DNA of 62,677 nt, counting the filler, from Nemertoderma westbladi (taxonomy: Eukaryota > Animalia > Xenacoelomorpha): NCBI GenBank assembly GCA_032718475.1. It is 3 parts of 3 records of this genome, joined end to end, with 100 filler letters (N's around TTAATTAATTAA, not from the genome) between each part and the next. Parts side by side here need not be neighbours in the genome. Positions count along the whole stretch, not along the records: positions 51,673 to 62,677 come from JAUCBJ010004711.1; 2 more parts are not named here. One strand, 5' to 3'. The notes beneath the pieces are model-generated. The model saw only the letters and a list, made by a program, of their open reading frames with translations. It made no database searches and was not told the DNA's origin. The position numbers and the translations under genes are program-made. Below, piece after piece: positions 51,673 through 62,677 of the stretch (position 1 is its first letter; each line of letters opens with the position of its first letter).

Positions 51673-52950
51673 ACTCTGTTCGCTCCCGGTGCGCCTTGGA
51701 GGTTTAGCGATCCCGCTTCCGTCTGACCTAGAGGAGCAATATAGTAATTCTAGATTGTTATGTGCGCCATTTAATAAGGGGGGTAATGTAAAAGAAAGAG
51801 CAAAAAGAGGCTACTAACCTTATTAGGATCCGGGAAACCGCCAACCTGAAGAAGAACGTCGAGGAGGTTCATTTAGGGCTCAATCGGGACCAACAACACC
51901 TACGGGAGCTGACATCCGAGAAGGGCGCTTCGTCCTGGCTAAACTCTCGCCCGGTGACGATCCACAACACTCACCTAGGTAAGCAGGAGTTCCGCTACGC
52001 TCTATGCCTGCGCTATGGTTGGCAACCGAGACTTCTTCCGGCCCGGTGCGCCTGTGGGACACGATTTTCAGTAAATCACGCTATGTTGTGTCCCACAGGC
52101 GGCTATCCGTCTATTCGCCACAATGAAGTCCGCGATTTCTTCGCCACTACACTAACCAAAGTAGCGCATAACGTCGCGGTCGAACCTCATTTGCAGCCAG
52201 TCACCGGTGAACAGTTCATCCAACATTGCACTTCCACCGACGACCAAGCCCGCCTCGATGTGTCAGTCTGCGGTTTCTGAGGTTCCAGGTATCATAAGAT
52301 ATTCCTGGATGTCTCCATCTTCAACCCCCTAGCCCCCACGAATGCTGCAATGCCTCTCGCCGACGCCCACCTCCATCACGAGGCCCGCAAGCGTAATCTT
52401 TATGATGAGCGGATTCGTGAAATTGAGTTGGCGACATTTACGCCGCTCATATTCTCGGCGTATGGTGGCTTCTCGCCAACCACGTCTCAGTTCGTGAAGC
52501 GACTCGGGATATTACTCTCAGAGAAGCGTGAGGCACCGTACTCCGAGTGTATTCGTTGGATCCGCCGTGAATTGAGTTTCGCACTCCTCCGCGCGGGTTT
52601 AATGTGTCTGCGGGGTGCGCGTTCTGCACGGAATCGACCGGTACGCTGCGATACTACGATACAGATGTCCAACTCCGACACCGACACGTCGCTGTACCCA
52701 TAGGCGACTAAATATAAAAAAATCTGTCTGCATGTCCAGGTTTTGAACTGCGCATCACGACTCTATTAGGCCTAATTTTAGTAATATACTGGTATTTTCT
52801 GATTTTTATGTAGGCCTATATTGTTATTGTTTATACTTGTTACCTAGGCTACGTCAGCTGGTGGTGGGACAATGTTTGTTTTTATATATTATATATATTG
52901 ATATTAAAATGTGATGGGATAAAAAATAGGTTTATAAAAAAATAAAAAAA
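51673..52950 (+). mobile_element. Decayed CRE-like non-LTR retrotransposon, 3' part
   Basis: LPVRLGGLAIP (end of RT region), zinc knuckle CACG..NHAMLC, PSIRHNEVRD, ARLDV and FALLRAGLMCLRGAR. In-frame stop at 52278-52280; A-rich tail near 52935-52950. Confidence 0.82.
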
Positions 52951-53081
52951 ATTATATTTGAATTAATATAATAATTTGGATTGAAATTTAAATTGCCGGG
53001 TAAAATATTTCCTGTAATAAACCACCTGTAGTAAAACCTGTAGTCCTCCTGTAGTCTTCCTGTAGTAAAACGTCCCAATTT

Positions 53082-54570
53082 TTAATTTATCACCAGATTT
53101 ATCTCCCGCACCCGTCTTACTTTCGCGGAGGATGTAGCAGACTTATCGGTTGCGACGGACTCCCGTCGCCCCTCCGTCCTACTAACTTTCCCCCGCTCTC
53201 CGGGGTTTTCTCCGACCGACGAAACCGAATCCTCGGGGTTAACCTCGGATTCACCCTCCTGCGGTCCCTTCCAACCCACTAATTTTATTCCCCGGGCATC
53301 GACTAAGTATGGCCCTATGTACACTACACCAGGCTCCATACCCTTACATTCCCACAGTTCAAACAGTTCGCTGGCAACCCCTCTCGCTCTTTCACTCACC
53401 AACTTTCCTCATCCATAGCGGACTAGATAGTTAAAATGTCTATTCGACTCACCTAGCCGCTTCTCTAGCTTCACCTGGTCTATCTTCGCCCCTTCCTTGG
53501 CCTCCCTCAACTGTTCCCTCGTGGCGTTGTAAGCCCGTCGGAGCCGGTTGCTAACTCCGACGTCCTCGTCACCGACATCCCCTCTTTCTCTCCGTATCTG
53601 GCGTCATACCGGCGGCTGCACTGTCGCCGTTCCGGTGGACCGTCCATTGCCCTCGGCCTGTGGCTGGCCGGCGACATCGGTACGTTGACCGCCGTCGTGC
53701 GTCGACTCGTCTCTCTTTTCTCTCGACTCGTCTCTCCCTCCTCTCGACTCGTCTCTCCCTCACTGTGGTAGATACCGTCTCGTCGCGGCCTCACGGATCG
53801 TTAGGTTGTCGTCCGGGGTCCGCGGCGGTGTCGTCTCTCCCTCTTGACTCATCTTTAGTCTTATCGGTGGATCGGTGGCTTGCAGTCAGTTCGGGCTGTT
53901 GGATTCTATTACTGTGACGGGATCTGAAGATCCCGATTTATCCGGTTCTTTTATTTACGCGTCCCCGCCGTGTGAGTGAAAAGGGTTTATTGTCGGACTG
54001 AGAGTTCTGATATTGTTGACACTGTACCAGTATAAATATAATAGGATAAGCACAGACACAGTTATTGCAGTATTGAATTAATAGGCTACTGTATAAGTGA
54101 ATGATGACGGCAGCGAACGGTAATAGAAGTTACCGTTCTGCCCTAACTGAGCTGACTAACTAAGTGAATGAATTGGCACAACAAATGGTAATATATATTT
54201 CACTGGTTGGCCGCATTACATTACTCAGTGGATGCCTTCCCCCCATTAGCTAATAACTCACTTCTCACCCTCCCATCTCTCTGGGAGTGCTTCCCCCCGC
54301 TGCTGTCACTCTCTCCCTCCCGGAGGTGTAACCTCTGACCCCCGCTGTGTGTGTTCCTTTGGGGTTTGTCGCCCCGCTTATTGGGGTGAAACGAGGTTGA
54401 TTGGTAATCAACCTCGTGCTCCCAATATTGCCTAAAGCCAACTTTGTGTGGGATGGTTAGCGGAATTGATTCGCTAACAATATTGCTAATCTCGTATCTC
54501 CAACATATTGCTGAAAATGCCACCATCCCATTTTCTGGTGGGTAATGAGGCGGAATTGAATCCGCTTAAA
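53082..54570 (-). mobile_element. Possible decayed LTR-retrotransposon fragment
   Basis: GC-richer island. On the minus strand: an integrase-like PPHYPPENGMV, polypurine runs, a TGTAAT...aataaa...CA segment, then broken charged ORFs. Confidence 0.3.
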
Positions 54571-54673
54571 AAAAGGTGAAACTTTTCATTATATTAAATT
54601 ATATGACTTGTACTAATTTTAGTGTAGTTTCTTAGAAACAAACATTTACTTTTGATTAGTTGAATAATTTGAA

Positions 54674-56150
54674 TTAACCCTATTAAACCCGGGGGGGGGG
54701 GGTCAATATGACCCTGCCCCCCCCCCCCCCCTGTGGTTTTTTATTATAATTCTGAAACAAACGCAGTTGAGAATCTGAAATTTTATGACTTTTCCTAAAA
54801 ATATATTGTCTTCCTAGTAGTAAAAACCGTTTTCAAAAATATTGGGTAGTTTTCGAGTTATACCACCATATTCTAACCCTACTTTTGGCAGAACTTTTGT
54901 AACTTTTCAGACTTTTGAGACGTTTTTTGAAAATTACATTTCATTAAATATGATTTGTAACATCTCTATTTTTTATTTCCACCGGTTTTTTGGTGTTAGC
55001 AATTGGGTGGAATTCATATAAATTAATTTAGAAATTTCAAACTTCTTTTTTTCGGTGGGTGCCAATTTATGGTGCCAGCACCAAATTTTGAAATATGTCA
55101 ATCTTGTAAATTGATTGTTTGAAAGTTGTTTTTTTACGCAATCGGGGTTTTTCGGGGTTCGGGTTTCGATGAAATATATACGAGTTGCACCAAGCGTATC
55201 AAACTTGTATTTTTCAGTGCTGTGTGAAAATTTTGGTGCTAGCACGAAATTTTGAAAATCCATTCAACAGATAAAATTGCTTGTGACAATTTATTTCTTG
55301 CGTTTTAGAGGTTTATGGCTGTTCTGAATTCAATGGAATGAATATATAATTATCGAACTATACATCTCAAACTTGTATTTTTCGGAAGTGGGAGCAAAAT
55401 GTGGTGATAGCACCAAATTTTGAAAACCATCAAATATATTAATTGATTGTGTCACCTTGTTTCTTGCGTTATACGGGTTTGTGAGGGTTCTGAATTCAAT
55501 GGAATCAGTAAAAATATCATAAGAGTTTTCAAACTTGTATTTTTCGAAGCTGGGTGAAAATTGTTGTGCCAGCACCAAATTTTTGAAAGTAAGCAAATTG
55601 ATCAGCAGATAGAATCATCTTGTTTCTTGCGTTATACGGGTTTATGACGGTCCTGAATCCGATGGAATCAATAAAAACAGCACTGGACATCGCAAACTTG
55701 TACTTTTTGGTGATGGGTATGAAATTTGGTGCTAGCACCAAAATTTGCTAAATTACGCCGAAAAATACCAGTAGCAATGATCTGGCATATTAGAAATGTA
55801 TTCCATTAGAATCAGCGCGCTCGAAAACCTGAAAATGTGAATTTATAGCATCGTATAAGTGAATTAAAAATTTTGTGTTCTAACTGAAAAGTGCTGGTTA
55901 CTTGTTTTTTTTTGTTTTTTTTTACTACACAGAGAGGACTAAACAGCCATTTATAGTAATCATATCATTTTTAAATATTTTCCAATGTATTTTGGACCCC
56001 AGAAAACCGGTATTGAAAAACAATTAGCCGAAAAATGTAACTTTCAAATTTTGTGAAAATTGTGCACAACTTATAATTTTGGTGCTGCAATATAACATTT
56101 TTTCGAAAACGTGATACTTATGTACAAACAAAAAATCAGACGTTTTCGTA
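54674..56150. mobile_element. Partial non-autonomous DNA element with ~170-bp internal repeats
   Basis: Starts TTAA|CCCT (piggyBac-like end). About five degenerate units containing aaacttgtattttt..gcaccaaattttg; second end not found. Confidence 0.45.
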
Positions 56151-56283
56151 AGCTCACCAAAAAATTATTGTTGACATTAGTAACCGTTGGTAGGTAAGAA
56201 TCCATTGATAAATCGATACTTGGTATGTTGGGGACTAAATTGGATTTAGTGGAAGGCTGAGCTGGGGTCGGATGTAGTTGGCT

Positions 56284-57243
56284 CTAGAGGAGTAGGATCT
56301 CGTTTAGGTCTGCCTTGGCTGGTAGGGTACCAAGCACAGCGGCGGCGTTTCGCCGAACAATTGCCATCGACAACCTCTGGAAGAGAAATGAGGTCGCCCT
56401 TGGTTCGGCGGATTTTAGCGAGATGCGGCGGCCGATCTCTCGAAGGATTTGTATTCCTTCGCTACCGATAGCACCTAGGGTCTCGACAGCAATGGTGGTG
56501 AAGTGGTAGTTGTGCTGGAGCTCGGCATATTTTCTTAATTTTGCTGATTCGGCAGATGCGGCAGCAGCACCTGCTGTGGAGGAAGTGCCTGGGAGGTGGG
56601 ACGCGGCCAGGGTGTCCCTGCATGTGAAGTCCCACACGAAAGGTTTTCCGGTGGCCCATGGTGCAAGAGTCATTCCGCCAGGCACCTTACCATCAGGCAC
56701 CAGAAACAACTCCTGCAGAGGTTAGGGCACGATGGATTATATCATTGGCCTCTGCGTGGCGGGTGAATTTCCCATAATTGTGGATACACGAGAGGCAATG
56801 TGTGGCCCATCTGTCTACTAGACCACCTCAACCACGGCAGTTATACTCGACGCTGATAGAGGCTCCGAGACGCAGCGCTATACCTACTCAGAGCTGGTCG
56901 TCCGCGAGACGGAGACCAAGAGATGAGATTGCGATGGCTTGGAGCCAGTCGCCTGCATGGTCTGCCACTGAAGCTAGAAGGCGTGCCTTGTGTGATGGGG
57001 ACTTCGCTCCATCAAGGATTTTCTTTGAGGCAGTAACATCCAATGGGTTGCACCAGGCTTTCTGGAATAATATGGGGTTGATGGGTACTTCGTAGTCGTT
57101 GGAAGGGCTCTCAGGCCTTGGTCGAACCATTGGTTGGGTGCTGCGATAATCGGTGGTGGAAGAAGGGATTGGAGTAGGGGACCACATCCTGAGAACGAAG
57201 CCAAAAAGGCCGGTAGTGAGATGTTACATAAATAGTCCAGCAT
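56284..57243 (-). mobile_element. Decayed RLE-type (CRE-clade-like) non-LTR retrotransposon, second family
   Basis: LPAFLAS, HAGDWLQAI..SLGLRL, DGK.PGGMTLAPWATGKPFVWDFTC.DT and AVETLG..FLFQRLSMAI.R.NAA, split by frameshifts. Confidence 0.8.
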
Positions 57244-59594
57244 TTAACTGCTCTGTTTTATACGAAATATTTCGGCTATTGACATTTTTTGCTGGACAGA
57301 AAAAGGAGTGGAGAATATAATGGAACCTTTAAACAGCATCCATCGAATTTAGGCCAAATTGGGTTATCGATCTTCCGTGCCAAACGGTATGTTTTGATTT
57401 TTTGACATTTTTCAGCATGTAGGGAAATTTAAATACTGTGATTTACTCAAATTTTTTTATTTGAGTTGTATGGTATTACACACCTAATGAATGTAGTACA
57501 AGGGCCATACATCTAATTTGAGCGTCAGAATCTCCTGAAAAATGTTTCCATCCCAACGGTTAGAGACGGAAAATGCAGATTCCATCCCTAAAAAGATATT
57601 TATAATTTAGGCTACTTGTACTGGGAATAGTTCCTATTTCTTATCTACAAAATCTGCGTAATGGGGAAAACTGTGAAAGAGCGGTCGGATGACTTTGTTG
57701 CAAAATATGTAAACAATGAACATGGTGAAACTTGGTTTTAGGGAATATCAACGAGATCAAAGAGAAGTTCGCACTTAGTCTATAAGAAGGTGCGAGTAAT
57801 TTTTTTAAATTGATGACAACTAACCTATTTATTGGTTCTAACATAAGCGAGTTTGAATCGCTTACGATTTCAATCGTTTGTGCAACAGTGAGGACCAGTT
57901 AATTAGAGGGAGCAAAAGTTTGGATAGGAGTAACGCCAACCCCTACCTATGGGCATCAGCTATCGAAAGAGGAGCCTTCGGGTGGGCTGCTGCTTTGGCC
58001 GACTGTTCGCTTGTTTTTTTGTGTAGCATTATTGGGCAGTGCTTATAGCTCAAACATATGTGTCACATTGGATGTTGTACGTCAATGCCTATTTTGCTAA
58101 TTTGTGACCCAATGAAAAAATAATAATAGGTACCATATGGTCTATCTGCTCCACCCTAGATGATGGTCCCCCGTGGCCTGCTCTCCCTGCACACTCACTT
58201 CGAATCTAACATCGAGAAAATTGTGTCAGAATCTACACAAAGAAGCTCTCCGCTACGCTCTTATGAAGATCTTTCATTTATTTTGACATTATTTATTTAT
58301 AAACACATATAAATTGATGTCATTGTTCTACAACAACAACTGTAGAGCCTATTGTGGTATGTATGATAAGGAATTTACACTGATTAAATAGATAACATAT
58401 TACCAATTAAATAATTGTTAACATTTTAATTATATATAAACCGAAAATACAAATGAACTAATAAAACTAAAATAAGAGAAACATAATCACAATCACTAAT
58501 TATTGAATTTCTAAATTTGAAACAGATCTTTTACAACTGTTACAAAACTAAACTGTTGCACAATGCTGTAACAGTTACAATTATAAATGGAATTTACTAT
58601 ATAATAGTGCAAAAAAATCAAAATTTATACAGGTAAAAATGTGATATTTAAGTAGACTGATAGTGATAGTAGACTGATGAAAAGACTAACTTGAAATCAT
58701 AACTATTTATATTAATTAAAACAAGATAACAACTAAGATATTATCAATCAATAATATAATGAACACCTCAATACTAGGAAGTAGACGGACCCTATTAATT
58801 TACAATACAGTGGAGTGAGCGTCAATAAATGCTACAAAGTCAATTACAACTATATCTCGCGATACTAAAAAAAAATACTATGAGCGATGGAGATATTTGT
58901 TGCAAAATGTGCTGTGCATAGTCGAATAATATAATATTAATTTACTGCAAGCTGTTTTAAATAAATATTATATTACAGATTAAGTCATACTACACGTACA
59001 GTGCAGTAGGCCTACATCTATATAATATAGCTATAATAGCTATAGGTTACTTATTGTTTTTAATCACTTTATATTAAAGCATGAATACTACTATATCATT
59101 ATTCAACCTCACTTGGTATAGCAGAGCGAAAATAAAATACGCTCTGATAAAATGCTCTTATAAATTTATTAATAAAAGACAAAACTACACTATCTTACTA
59201 TCGTCCTTTTTATTTTTTGTTTAAAATTTCAATTTGTTAATAATTGTAAGAGGTAAATTAAATGCTGCGTTAGATATAGTCATCCACTTTGTACCGCTGC
59301 GTCAGATAAAGTCATCCACTTTGTACCTTTCGCAATATAGCGAAAGCGGCAGTATTTGGAATTATTAACATGAAATTCATAATCATTTTTAATAAATTTT
59401 AAATAAAATGAATAATGATAAAACTAACTATAAAAAATTCTCAAACAAAATTGTGAGTCTACACCGGATAACACTTCTTCTTTTAATATCTACAAATGTT
59501 CTAAAATTATACATTATCGTTACATAAATTGTCTTATATGGGTTACGTCATTGTGACGTCATTGCCATTGGATCACGTGACCTCGTCCTCCCAT

Positions 59595-59744
59595 CTATTC
59601 GCCTTTACCTGATATTGAATCTTTAAAACTGGTCCACATGCTGGACAATGCTGGTTGCCATGTCGACGGGTTCTTTATATCCAATTCCACCTCGTCTTGA
59701 GATCCGTAACCCGGGAGCGGTGCTGGAGGGGCAGGACCACCACC
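59595..59744 (-). CDS. Probable complexin, terminal exon
   Basis: ctgcag|GGGPAPPAPLPGYGSQDEVELDIKNPSTWQPALSSMWTSFKDSISGKGE*. Phase 0, in frame with exon 62297-62389; amphipathic C-terminal segment. Confidence 0.6.
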   Translation of the reverse strand, partial: GGGPAPPAPLPGYGSQDEVELDIKNPSTWQPALSSMWTSFKDSISGKGE

Positions 59745-59855
59745 CTGCAGGAGCAACAAATAATTCTAACATATTGTATAAATAGATTCTCCACTATGCG
59801 GCAAAAAATTATCTTATGTTGCTTGTTATATATGTTATATCTTATGTTCAGTAAT

Positions 59856-60882
59856 GTAGTACTTACACAACACTGTATTGTAAGATTGTAACACTCACAC
59901 AAAACTGTATTGTAAGATTGTAACACTCACACAAAACTGTATTGCAAGATTGTAACACTCACACAAAACTGTATTGTAAGATTGTAACACTCACACAAAA
60001 CTGTATTGTAAGATTGTAACACTCACACAAAACTGTATTGTAAGATTGTAGCACTCACACAATACTGTATTGTAAGATTGTAGTACTCACACAAAACTGT
60101 ATTGTAAGATTGTAGCACTCACACAAAACTGTATTGTAACATTGTAACACTCACACAAAACTGTATGGTAACATTGTAACACTCACACAAAACTGTATGG
60201 TAAGATTGTAACACTCACACAAAACTGTATTGTAAGATTGTAACACTCACACAAAACTGTATTGCAAGATTGTAGTACTCACACATAACTGTATTGTAAG
60301 ATTGTAGCACTCACACAAAACTGTATTGTAAGATTGTAACACTCACACAAAACTGTATTGTAGCACTCATACAAAACTGTAGCACTCACAATAAAGACTT
60401 GTATTGTAGCACACAAAACTGTATTGTAAGATTGTAACACTCACACAAAACTGTATTGTAAGATTGTAACACTCACACAAAACTGTATTGTAAGATTGTA
60501 GCACTCACACAATACTGTATTGTAAGATTGTAGTACTCACACAAAACTGTATTGTAACATTGTAACACTCACACAAAACTGTATTGTAAGATTGTAACAC
60601 TCACACAAAACTGTATTGTAAGATTGTAGTACTCACACAAAACCGTATTGTAAGATTGTAGCACTCACACAAAACTGAATTGTAAGATTGTAACACTCAC
60701 ACAAAACTGTATTGTAGCACTCATACAAAACTGTAGCACTCACAATAAAGACTTGTATTGTAGCACACAAAACTGTATTGTAGCACTCATACAAAATTGT
60801 ATTGTAGCACTCACACAAAACTGTATTGTAGCACTCATACAAAATGTAAGCACATAAAACTGTATTGTAGCACTCATACAAA
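59856..60882. repeat. 32-bp minisatellite, ~32 copies
   Basis: Unit acactcacacaaaactgtattgtaagattgta with shorter variants. Confidence 0.93.
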
Positions 60883-61207
60883 TAGTACATACAAATACTA
60901 CAAAAGTATCAGGACTATTTAGCATTCAAACCTAACTAACCAGTTCTCTATGTAGGCCTACTGTGATATACATTAACTACATTCCTCTAGCATACAATGT
61001 AACTAACGATTGCTGTACATACTCTGTATGACAAGAAGTACACTACAGTATCTACCTTACCTATTCCTTTATCATTCAAACATTGCTTAATGGTGCTTTA
61101 CGTACCATGATGAACACTGTCTATTCTACCTACAGTATTCCTCTACAGGCACAAAACGAACTGGTGCTGTACATACCGCGAAGGACACTGGCATTAATAT
61201 TGCGTAC

Positions 61208-61809
61208 TACTACTACTACTACTACTAGGATCGGCATGCTGCATTGCAGCTGCATTCTTAAGAATGCTGTGCCGGCTTGTCAACAAAATTGCACCGCCAC
61301 AACTCCCTATCACCCATGACATTTGCTAGATTATCCGCATCTTTAAGGCCAGTGTCCTTTAAGATGCGTCTCAAGAAAGTCATGGGCTGTCCACCATGCT
61401 TATTCACTCCATGAGGCTGCCAAAGTACAAGATTATGCACTGGCTGATCCTCACGGCGAAAGCAATGTCCTGCAAAGCGGAGGCGATTTTGTTCTAGTGT
61501 CAAGCTTGGGGGAACCAATGAGACACCTCCAATGTTATATAGTGTCTGGTTGGAGATGTGTGCATTGTACTTGACACAATGTACCCGGCGTAGCATTCTT
61601 GTGAATGTGCCATCCAGAGATTTGGTGTCCTCAGCAGTTAGAGCCCAGCATGGACTCCCGTAGAGGAGTACTGGAACTACTGCTGCTCTAAATAATCGGA
61701 CCTTAAGTTTCCGATTAATTCTAGGTGACTTCCAAATCCTGGAAAGCCTATTCAAGGCTGCCCATGCCTTTCCCTTACGTATTCGAAGGTCCTCACCTGA
61801 CTTCCGGAC
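61208..61809 (-). mobile_element. 5'-truncated RTE-clade LINE with trinucleotide tail and 8-bp TSD
   Basis: KAWAALNRLSRIWKS..KVRLFRA.V.PVLLYG..W, RMLR and RLRFAGHC; (TAG)n tail; ttgcgtac duplicated at 61200-61207 and 61810-61817. Confidence 0.87.
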
Positions 61810-61904
61810 TTGCGTACACTCTGGCATTCATTCACATTCGTTTAGCATTCAAACATTGCTTACTGGTGTTGTATGTACCATGACGTACACTGTTACTTTC
61901 TTAT

Positions 61905-62325
61905 TAATTCCTCTAGCATTCAAACATAACTAACCGGTGAGCGGTGATGTACATAGTGTGATGTACACTGACTACCTATTCCTCTAGCATTCAAACATAA
62001 CTAACCGGGCCGGGGCTGTATGTTGTATGTACCGTGATCTACACTGACTGACTACCTATTCCTCTAGCATTCAAACATAACTAACCGGGGCTGTATGTTG
62101 TATGTCGTAATGTACACTGACTACCTATTCCTCTAGCATTCAAACATAACTAACCAGGGCTGTATATTGTATGTACCGTGATGTACACTGACTACCTATT
62201 CCTCTAGCATTCAAACATAACTAACCAGGGCTGTATATTGTATGTACCGTGATGTACACTGACTACCTATTCCTCTAGCATTCAAACATAACTAACCGGG
62301 GCTGTACGCTGTCTTCCTATTCCGC
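61905..62325 (-). repeat. ~71-bp tandem repeat containing the exon end and splice donor (~6 copies, with degenerate copies down to ~60920)
   Basis: Units at 62121, 62192 and 62263. The minus strand carries tacagccc(c/t)g|gttagttatg and ggaataggtagtcagtgtaca, which resembles exon sequence ggaataggaagacagcgtaca. Confidence 0.88.
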
Positions 62326-62389
62326 GAGCACCACCAGGAGCACCACCAATACTAAAATCTTCCACAACATCTTTCTTCTTAATTTTATA
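62297..62389 (-). CDS. Probable complexin, internal exon (upstream exons outside window)
   Basis: ttttag|YKIKKKDVVEDFSIGGAPGGARGIGRQRTAP|gttagt. Y.IKKK after a phase-0 intron recalls complexin RDK|Y.IKKK. Confidence 0.55.
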
Positions 62390-62677
62390 CTAAAAAGATA
62401 TAAAAATTTGCACTTTTACATCATCGTGGCCCAAAAATGGCGCTTATTTTTTTATTTTCGAATATGTCTTACCACCAAAATTTGTTTATATTTATAAAGT
62501 AATAGCTCATGCAAAATTTCATTAAAATTTATATGCATTAACCTCTGTCGGTAATATAATATAAATTTTAAAATAACTAGATAATTGTAAACTTAAATAC
62601 TAAATAATTAATTATGTAATTGGACAACAGTTTCCCCAGTCTAACCCCTTTTAGGAATTGATGGGGCTGGTGGTGGG

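Noticed and set aside
57560-57900. KFHH motif suggesting a transposase remnant
   Set aside because: Single short motif with no supporting frame or termini.
62318-62371. Signal-peptide-like MLWKILVLVVLLVVLAE on the minus strand
   Set aside because: Stops after 17 codons; the alternative frame with proper splice sites explains the region.
1-62677. tRNA, rRNA or spliced-leader RNA genes
   Set aside because: None recognisable by eye; tRNAscan-SE and Infernal/Rfam would be needed to exclude them.

Overview
AT-rich, repeat-laden genomic DNA from an invertebrate animal. It is not one locus: two artificial 100-nt spacers (44 N + TTAATTAATTAA + 44 N) join three contigs (1-24368, 24469-51572, 51673-62677). 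Contig 1 has the first five exons of a SUCLA2-type succinyl-CoA ligase beta gene (+) and, downstream on the same strand and apparently inside its intron 5, an intronless SLC38A10-type transporter ORF. Contig 2 has a complete four-exon CFAP276/C1orf194 gene with an upstream RFX X-box and a 9-kb satellite in its last intron. Contig 3 has two 3' exons of a probable complexin (-). The rest is minisatellite arrays, non-autonomous TIR elements and decayed CRE-like, RTE and Gypsy retroelements. The most striking pattern is that two unrelated genes have intronic arrays made of tandem copies of their own exon end plus 5' splice site (about 60 donor copies in SUCLA2 intron 2). Also notable are a transposon inserted into a splice donor that carries seven regularly spaced CTCF-like motifs, and a shared core module found inside elements with different termini. 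Most long ORFs in the track are repeat artefacts. Gene calls rest on manual splicing and remembered homologue motifs; no searches were run.
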